From positions 62,001 through 126,000 of the forward strand of contig JALAGF010001848.1 of NCBI GenBank assembly GCA_030167865.1: 64,000 nucleotides of DNA, written 5' to 3'. A program made the translations under genes and the position numbers. Shown one piece after another: positions 56,594 to 64,000 of this stretch. This DNA is from Craspedostauros australis. Taxonomy: Eukaryota. The notes below the pieces were generated by a model. It made no database searches, was not told the origin of the DNA, and was given only the letters and a program-made list of their open reading frames with translations. The first letter of the stretch is position 1. Each line of letters begins with the position of its first letter.

Positions 56594-57466
56594 ATGATTT
56601 AGAGTTGTGGGGCAATGGACAACCACACCAGCGGGCCAATACACAGCAAGATACTTACATCTTCCCATTTGAGTACAAACCCTGGAGAAAACAAAATGCA
56701 CCATCACATGAACATCTAACACTACCGATAACACTCCTAATAACCAACAACAACAAATGAGCTCCTTTCGTGTTGTGGCAATGATGCTTCGAACACCTCT
56801 CTCTGTCTCTGTAGAGAACGGGACATCGCCTTCTTCGTCTTTCTCAAACATGAACGATGCTTACCAGTATCAAATATTACATAATGTAATCCTATGTAAT
56901 CCATACGTAGAGGACGAACAATAGATGCGAGTACGGTGTGCGTGGAGGAGATGTACCAATACTCGCACTCGTAGCGTGCTCGAAGACTGCTGCCCTTGGA
57001 GTCATGTGTGACCATGGCGCAGTCGCGTGTCGGGAAGGCAGCCAGGTGCTCCAACGATACGAACCCCAGAAAGGGGACAACCAAGCTGCCCGCACCTGAC
57101 ACCCAAAACATCGGGAAGCGACGCTCGCGACTTCGTCGACCTTTCTCCATCATCATCACACGAAGGAATCTATCGCTCCTCGACGTTGGCACATCGATCT
57201 TATCCTCTGCACCACACGATACCATACGTAGGTGAGCGGTGTTGTGTTTTGCGTCTCTTGCCCACCTGGTTGCCCACCTGGTTGGTTGTCTGGCTGGAGG
57301 CATGCTGGCATGGTTCTGATGGACGAGGCGATGAAAGATGCAGCTTCGCCAAGAGGCTAACACTGCTGTCTCGTCCCTTTCATTTCGCCCATCTCCCACC
57401 CCCGATTCATCGTCATCCATACATTCATGCATGTGCGCATGCATTTACACGAACAGATTGCATCGA

Positions 57467-59866
57467 ATGCTGCGAAGCAACATGTCCGATCTGAATCGAG
57501 CTTCGCGCGGCGCACGCCAGAGGGGACAGCCCAGGGCAGCCCAACAAGTGGTCGAAACAGACCAATCGAATGATCCCTTCACTACTCTCCCACGTGACAA
57601 ATACGGACGAACGACGCTGATGGAGGCCTGTCGTCGCGGAGATATTGACAAGGTCATAGACCTGATCGAAGCAAGCCCATTGCCCGTCGATGGTACGCTC
57701 ACAGACACCGACGGCAACACGGTGCTTCATGACGCTTGCTGCAGCGGAAATGCGGAGGTTGTGGCGTACCTGGCTGAATCGATCCAAATCGACGTTGACC
57801 CCAACGTTCAAAACAAATACTACAAGACGCCATTGCACCTTGCATGCCACAACGGATCTCCCGGTGCCATCAAGTACCTGTGCGAAACAGAGCAGTTGAC
57901 CGTCGATCAGTTCATTCGAGATCGTAGCGGTGACATGCCAATTCACATCGCGTGCGCAAGGAAGGACCTGTTCGCGGTCAAGTTCCTGGTGAAAGCCGAT
58001 GGAACCAAGACAATCTGCAACGCGACAGATCGCATGGGTCGTACGGCACTGCACTATGCATGCAGACACAATGATGGCGACATGGTGGATTACCTCATCA
58101 ACTCCTGCCGGTCCAATCTTGATGCCAACATCCAAGATATATATGGCGGAACGCCATCCCATTACGCATGTGGCTTTCGGGATGGGCAGTGGATGAGGCA
58201 TGTGCTTCAAACAGACGGGATAGATGTTGATTTCGGTCTTTTGGATTCGGATGGCAGCACGCTTGTCGATCTGGCTTGGCAGTGTGCATCCAGAGAGTTG
58301 ATTGAGCTCATTGTGAAGTCGGGCAAAATGAAGGTCGATCTCAAGAGAAGGAATGGGTTCGGCCAAACCTCACTACATATGGCATGCGCGAACTCTGATC
58401 AAGACGTGGCATTGTATCTGATCGACATGAGCCCAACCACCATCGATCTTAGCGCACAAGACGACATCGGAAACACACCGATCCATCACGCGTGTGAAAG
58501 GGGATCTGTTGATTTGTTGAGAAGGTTGGCGGCACTCGCATTGGGACAGTTCAACGGCGCATGCAATATGCGGAACAAATTCGGTCAGACACCACTTCAC
58601 TGCTGTTGTGAGTCCACGTATGGGAGCACCACAGTCATCCAATTCCTCGTGGGATCAAAGGAAATCAAGATTGACTTGTACGCCCAGGATGAAGATGGCC
58701 AGACACCATTTCATACCGCCTGCAACAATGGGAACAAGGACATCGTGAGCTACTTCATTGAATCGGATAGGGCGGACGTCGGTGTCTACACGAGAGACAA
58801 GACTGGCAATTCACCATTCCATCTTGCTTGCGCCCACGATGATCAAGAAATGCTGGAGTACTTGCTTCCATTGGACAGAGACGACGCCGTCATGGCTCTA
58901 CAAAATGACGACGGCAACACGCCTCTCCATCTTGCGATCATCAACAAACGTCACTCTTCGTTACGGCGTTTGATGGAGACCAATTGCACCAATTTCGATA
59001 TCGCACTGCAGAACAAAGACGGCGACACAGTGCTTCACCTTGCAGCGCGATATGGTTCCAACGAAAGCTTGGAATGCCTGGTGGAATCGAGTTCTGGTGA
59101 CGTTGATGGCACCATCCGAAACATCGACGGGAACACTCCGCTCCACATTGCGTGCATGGGCACAAACACTGAGCTTCTCAACAGCCTGCTTCGGCTGTAC
59201 AAACTGAAGGTGGATGCCAATGCGCAGAACAACGACGGCAACACAGCACTCCATCTTGCGTTCCAAAGTGGGTCATCCGAGTTTCTGAATCACTTGGAAA
59301 GCTTTCACGAACATCGGTTTGACCTAAGCATCCAAAACAAGGATGGCGATACCCCTCTCCACCTTGCTTCCAAGGATCGCTCATTCCGCCCCATCCACGG
59401 AGAAGCGAAGCTTACAAAACTGTACGATCTACTCCGAATGAGGATCGTTCCGCATCGCAACTTGGATCAAGTTTGCTCAATCGCAAGCGGGGATGCGATG
59501 GATCTCTTGATCTCATCAGCACAGCCACTGGCGCACATTCAGAACAAGAATGGCAACACGCTGTGGCACCACGTAGCCGAAAAGGGCTTTCTCAGCATGG
59601 CGTACTCCTTGAGGGATTCAGGCGGACCAACGGGCGTGAGAATTAAAAATCATGATGGCGATACACCATTGCATTTGGCGAGTAGGAATGATGACGCGGG
59701 TGTATGGGCAATGCTGTTCGCTCACTATGATGAACCAGTTGATTCAGAAATCAAGAACAACGATGGCGAAACGGTGCTGGACATTGCAAAGAAGAAGAAG
59801 AATCGCTTTGCTATTGCGAAGTTGTTGGACAACACACGTGCAAAGAAGCGTATGAAATTGAATTGA
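57467..59866 (+). CDS. Long ankyrin-repeat protein, ~799 aa
   Basis: More than 15 repeats of the type (Q/R)(N/D)xxGxTPLHxAC across the ORF; intronless; basic C-terminus RAKKRMKLN. Start at 57467 or 57482. Confidence 0.9.
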   Translation: MLRSNMSDLNRASRGARQRGQPRAAQQVVETDQSNDPFTTLPRDKYGRTTLMEACRRGDIDKVIDLIEASPLPVDGTLTDTDGNTVLHDACCSGNAEVVAYLAESIQIDVDPNVQNKYYKTPLHLACHNGSPGAIKYLCETEQLTVDQFIRDRSGDMPIHIACARKDLFAVKFLVKADGTKTICNATDRMGRTALHYACRHNDGDMVDYLINSCRSNLDANIQDIYGGTPSHYACGFRDGQWMRHVLQTDGIDVDFGLLDSDGSTLVDLAWQCASRELIELIVKSGKMKVDLKRRNGFGQTSLHMACANSDQDVALYLIDMSPTTIDLSAQDDIGNTPIHHACERGSVDLLRRLAALALGQFNGACNMRNKFGQTPLHCCCESTYGSTTVIQFLVGSKEIKIDLYAQDEDGQTPFHTACNNGNKDIVSYFIESDRADVGVYTRDKTGNSPFHLACAHDDQEMLEYLLPLDRDDAVMALQNDDGNTPLHLAIINKRHSSLRRLMETNCTNFDIALQNKDGDTVLHLAARYGSNESLECLVESSSGDVDGTIRNIDGNTPLHIACMGTNTELLNSLLRLYKLKVDANAQNNDGNTALHLAFQSGSSEFLNHLESFHEHRFDLSIQNKDGDTPLHLASKDRSFRPIHGEAKLTKLYDLLRMRIVPHRNLDQVCSIASGDAMDLLISSAQPLAHIQNKNGNTLWHHVAEKGFLSMAYSLRDSGGPTGVRIKNHDGDTPLHLASRNDDAGVWAMLFAHYDEPVDSEIKNNDGETVLDIAKKKKNRFAIAKLLDNTRAKKRMKLN

Positions 59867-60360
59867 GGGAGCCAAGAGTGTCAGTGTCAGTGGAAGCTGA
59901 AGCGGAGCATCGCCAACCGCATACGATGGCAGGGCGGGCGAAACCCATGCAACTTCAGACTGGCAGCTCTGAAACCATGAGAGTGGTGCATGTTGGAGCG
60001 AAAACATAATCAACCAACTAGCGACATCTCAGCAACAGGAACCACGAAAGCCCCAACTCAACTTCGAGGAAGGGCGAAGAGAAATATGCAGATGGAATCG
60101 GACACATTAATCGTTTGGACTATTATTCACTGCTGTTTTGTTGTCTGAATCCGCGGCTCTCCATCGCGCCCTGGCTGTTTCACGATTGACTGATGCTTGT
60201 TTGGTTTCGCGATGGGGCGAAGTGAGGGTATGGATGGCACAAGCACTTGTACCATTCGGTATCATACGTGCTGCTCTCGAGACAGTCGTATGCAGTGGAC
60301 TGGTGGGCGCCCCTTGTTCCATCGCGCCCCAGTCCCACACACGCTCATGAGTCAGTCTGT

Positions 60361-63300
60361 CTAGAACTTCCGTTCGGCGAGCGAACGAAGGGCCGCCTCC
60401 TGGGGTTCGAATGCATCCACCAGGAGGCTGTCAAGCTGCCATGCGGGCACGATCTTGCTCGCCGCGATCTCCTTTGCGGCCATCTTGCGTGAGAACGACA
60501 GCAGATTTCTGCATTGGTGCACCAGGCCCAACCGTTCGTTCTTTTCGGAAGGTGTGGATTCCCACAGGCTCTCTGCTTTCTTGACGACATGCTTGATGAT
60601 CTCCATGAGTTCATTGAGGATTTGGGACGCGGCTTGTTGGTCCCCGTTGGCCGCGTCTGTATCGCTTGCCATCCCATTCTTGTTCTTGTCGATGGCGTTC
60701 AGCACGCAGAGACGAGTGGCGAGACATCCCATCGTCCACCAGCGATCGATGGGGGATCGTTGCACGCTGTTCACGTTTTCGTACCCCAACATCCAGCGCG
60801 CAACTGCCAGGCACGACACGATTTCGTGCTGGATCAGGAGCTGAATGCAGGCCTCGACCATTCCTCGGCTGTAACCTCCCAGAGAGTCGATCTGCTCCAG
60901 AATGTACACCTCTCCTGCCAAGACGTATTCATTCAGATTTTCGCCCCTGTTGTGATGCGCGTTGAGCGCTTTGCTGTCCTCCGTGATCGCGCTCGTGATC
61001 ATTCGCGAATAGTTGGACAATGAATCCTTCAGCATACCCAAGGTATCTGGGTCTGACTGCTCCTGCTCATCCATATCGTCGTCGGATGGATTGAGGGCCT
61101 TTTCGAGGGCGGCCTTGCGACGATCGCCGTCTTGCCGGAGCGGGTCGAACACCACCCGGGTGGCGACGCATGTCCTCCACCAGCACTGATCCAGGCTGTC
61201 GCCCTCGTAGTTGATGGTGGGCGACACCGATTCTGAGGCTTCATTGCTAGTGAGAGTCTCAATAAGTTCTTCCACGGCATCGCCTGTTCCCCACACCCGA
61301 TCGTTGATGTCCCTTCCGATCGCGGCGATCGGTCCATCCTTCGGCACCGCGGCCAGGGGCAATGTCCCGCTGCTTGATATCGAAGCCACGAGCGGGCTGT
61401 CCTTGGGGAGGCAGTCGTCGATGATGGATCTGATCGATGTCGTGTTCTCGCTGATGGCTGTGATCGTTTGCTTGAGGAACTGGCCGCGGGCGTTGAATTT
61501 GGTCGACGTCACGCTGGGCGCCCACACAGTCCAGAACGCCGCTGGCCACTGGTACTCGGTGTTGGACAAGTGGAAGGCGAACCACTGGCTGAAATTCTCC
61601 TGCGTACTCGGCGACAGCGCTGGGATGTAGTCCCCGAAGAGGTTGGTCATGCCCATGGCGAGGGCCGGAGATAGCTCGCCTGGATGCAGGCGAACCAACT
61701 CGAGCAGCACCCGCGACAGGAAGGTCCGTCGGAGGGGGGTGAGATCGGACGCCTGGGCGATGAGGCCGAACACGGTTTCGATGATGGCGTATTCCAGCCC
61801 CTTGCAGGTGGGTTCGTTCGTGAGCAGGTAACGAATGCTCATCAATTCCTCCGCGACCTGCTTGGGGGTGCCCTGCAGCAATCCGGTTTTGGTGATGATC
61901 GGACGATGTGCGATGAGGCAGTCTCGCAGCGCTTCAAACACGAAGCTGCGATCGACAAGGCCGAAGGTGTTGCGGTACGCCATGAGTTGCTCATTCTTCT
62001 GCGTGGCGTCGTCCATATCATCATCGTCATCGTCTCCGCCATCTCCTGCGGCTTCGGCTTTGGGATCGTGCGGGTGGCCGAAGATGGGAAGGCGGCCGAA
62101 GATGACACCGTCCACGCTGAAGCATTGCAGTTTGTAGTCCCCGGTACCCTGCTCCAGGAAGTCGAGCGCGTGGCATGGCTGTGGGAAACGCAGATGGATG
62201 GCATCGTCCGTGAAGACGATCTTTTCCGACGAAGCCTCCGCGCCGAGTTGTCCCGGTGCTTCTGCAAACACGCTCTCTTTGGCCAGACCTTGCCATGGCG
62301 AATCCTTGGGGAGGAAGTATCGGGAACCCGCCCCGTCGTCAGTCTTCATGATGAGCCTTGTCGCTCTCATTGTGTCTTGCAAGCTGTCGCAAACTTGTTT
62401 CGATGCATCGGGCGCTTCCTCATCATCGTCGTCCTCTTCCTCATCATCATCATCGTCGTCGTCGTCGTCGTCGCCAATGGTAGAGCCCGTGAGGATGGCG
62501 TTGCATCCTTTGCCAGGCACGAAGCTGGATTGGTACGATCCCAGGAAGGTCTCGAGCGGTTGCAATATTCTTTCTTCCAGTACTGCGGGTGGCGTGGCAC
62601 CGGCCATGTACGGGACGGTGCTGAGCACGAGCTGTGCCAGAATGGCCGCGACGGTTGGGTTGCTGAGGGTTCCAAACGCGGTTGACGCGGCCATGACAAG
62701 TCTGCACACTAGGCCAGTGAATGTCATTTGGGAGCCGTCGCTTGTGGCATCGCCTCCAGCGGCAGCGTCGCTGTCGTCGTAAGCCCTGACGATGTTCATC
62801 TTGGCCAACATTGCGAGATACCGAAGCAACAACTTGAGCCTGCAGATGGCTTCGGCATTCGCAATTGTGCTGGCGCCCTCCACCAGGATCAGATCCAGAT
62901 CGCGCCCGATGTGTCGCATCGCGTGCACTATGCAGCGCTGCGAGAAACCGCCGAACTCGGTGGATTTGACCTGCTCGTGGATGGCGAGCGTCAAGGCAGC
63001 GTAGCAGGGCGTTTGCAAGGGCAGGCTGCTGGCGCAACTGACGACGAGCGAAACCAGCTTGCCATGATCCTCCGATCCATCCTCTGCCGTCTTGAAGGCA
63101 AAGAGGGTGTTCATCCTGTCTGGCGCGCACAGGGCACCGGTGATGTCCATGATGTTCTTGGCGGTGGTTGCCTCGACTGGACGCAGAGCTTCGCCCTGCG
63201 TGGCATCGGCGGAAGTCGCGATGTTCTTGAGCTCGCCCACCCGGCTGACGAGGGAGTAGATCTGGCGCAGCATCAGCTCCTCCTGCGACACGGCGCTGGC

Positions 63301-63510
63301 ACCGAATCGGTTGCCTCTGCCACCGCGCGGCCCACGGGATCTGTCGTTGCGGTATGGCTGGTGACCGCGGTATCGGCCACGTCCACCTCCGCGTCCCCGA
63401 CCGCGGCCTCTGCCGTAGCTGCGGTATCGACCACCACCGCCGTAATGATCATTGTCGCGGGGTCCACCCGAGGACTGGTCGTCCCGACCGTGCGACAGTG
63501 GCTTGTCCAT
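60361..63510 (-). CDS. NCBP1: Nuclear cap-binding protein subunit 1 (CBP80), ~1049 aa
   Basis: LPLQTPCYAAL, RLKLLLRYL, LEYAIIETVF, RVLLELVR and FSQWFAFHLSNTEYQW match the MIF4G/MIF4G-like segments of CBP80. The N-terminus is RG-rich. Confidence 0.85.
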   Translation of the reverse strand: MDKPLSHGRDDQSSGGPRDNDHYGGGGRYRSYGRGRGRGRGGGRGRYRGHQPYRNDRSRGPRGGRGNRFGASAVSQEELMLRQIYSLVSRVGELKNIATSADATQGEALRPVEATTAKNIMDITGALCAPDRMNTLFAFKTAEDGSEDHGKLVSLVVSCASSLPLQTPCYAALTLAIHEQVKSTEFGGFSQRCIVHAMRHIGRDLDLILVEGASTIANAEAICRLKLLLRYLAMLAKMNIVRAYDDSDAAAGGDATSDGSQMTFTGLVCRLVMAASTAFGTLSNPTVAAILAQLVLSTVPYMAGATPPAVLEERILQPLETFLGSYQSSFVPGKGCNAILTGSTIGDDDDDDDDDDEEEDDDDEEAPDASKQVCDSLQDTMRATRLIMKTDDGAGSRYFLPKDSPWQGLAKESVFAEAPGQLGAEASSEKIVFTDDAIHLRFPQPCHALDFLEQGTGDYKLQCFSVDGVIFGRLPIFGHPHDPKAEAAGDGGDDDDDDMDDATQKNEQLMAYRNTFGLVDRSFVFEALRDCLIAHRPIITKTGLLQGTPKQVAEELMSIRYLLTNEPTCKGLEYAIIETVFGLIAQASDLTPLRRTFLSRVLLELVRLHPGELSPALAMGMTNLFGDYIPALSPSTQENFSQWFAFHLSNTEYQWPAAFWTVWAPSVTSTKFNARGQFLKQTITAISENTTSIRSIIDDCLPKDSPLVASISSSGTLPLAAVPKDGPIAAIGRDINDRVWGTGDAVEELIETLTSNEASESVSPTINYEGDSLDQCWWRTCVATRVVFDPLRQDGDRRKAALEKALNPSDDDMDEQEQSDPDTLGMLKDSLSNYSRMITSAITEDSKALNAHHNRGENLNEYVLAGEVYILEQIDSLGGYSRGMVEACIQLLIQHEIVSCLAVARWMLGYENVNSVQRSPIDRWWTMGCLATRLCVLNAIDKNKNGMASDTDAANGDQQAASQILNELMEIIKHVVKKAESLWESTPSEKNERLGLVHQCRNLLSFSRKMAAKEIAASKIVPAWQLDSLLVDAFEPQEAALRSLAERKF

Positions 63511-64000
63511 CTTCCCTTTCCTCAAGTCTCCTTCTGCGATTCCAAGCTTCGTTCCACGTTGGCGACCTCCCCGATGTCTTCCGACAGAGCCTCTCCTTGT
63601 CCTTGTTGTTCCAACTGGGATGTGTACGACTCCAGTAGAATAGAGGAGTACTTATCGCACGAGCCACCTTGCACGAGCAATTTGATGCTGTCGCAAACAC
63701 GAAGGCAACGATCTTTGATCTTTGATCTTTGGTTCATCCCAGATTGTGCAACCCACCGATGCACCCACGAGGAGATCGGAGCCCAAAACCCACCACCTGA
63801 TCAACATCTCATTGTTTGTTGCTCATCGGTTTTTGCGGGTAGTTTGTCGGTCGCTGTTTCGTTGTGGGTTGTTGGCCCAGCGTCCGTCGTTCGTCCGTCT
63901 TTGAATGTTCTGTGTTGTCGGAAATCAATCAGACGAGTCGACTCGTGCAGAAAACACAAGAACACACGAGTTGTCTGTGACGCGACACAACAAGGCAGGC

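Noticed and set aside
2676..63510. Apparent cluster of mRNA-processing genes (SF3A1, PAP, MED6, CBP80, PAM2-like)
   Set aside because: They are scattered among unrelated housekeeping genes over 60 kb. The category is large, so co-occurrence is expected by chance; no evidence of a functional cluster.

Overview
This is gene-dense eukaryotic nuclear DNA from a photosynthetic stramenopile, most likely a diatom: it carries a bZIP-LOV aureochrome, a signal peptide with +1 Phe (plastid-type targeting) and GT-AG introns. I can support about 20 protein-coding genes. Ten need spliced models and one needs an edge-truncated model that the ORF track misses; I derived the exon boundaries by hand and checked their phases. 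Named genes: SF3A1/Prp21, a longin R-SNARE, delta-COP, SGT1, a PTC7/PBCP-like PP2C with a WW domain, V-ATPase subunit C, poly(A) polymerase, a RING-H2 protein, IscA1, an OPA-like MFS transporter, MED6, aureochrome, ethanolamine-phosphate cytidylyltransferase and CBP80. Less characterised genes: two ankyrin-repeat genes, a Myb-like stramenopile protein, a PAM2-like disordered protein, a signal-peptide WW/Q-P-G-rich protein and a truncated gene with a repeated unknown domain. Most genes sit in head-to-head pairs, and introns and intergenic DNA are rich in microsatellites. I found no tRNA, rRNA, CRISPR array or recognisable transposon, and no defensible novel multi-gene system. The best leads are two WW-domain proteins behind signal peptides (one a putative plastid phosphatase), the divergent aureochrome/Myb-like pair, an R-SNARE with Asn at the zero layer, and stop-free introns. 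All family assignments come from motif recognition, not database searches.
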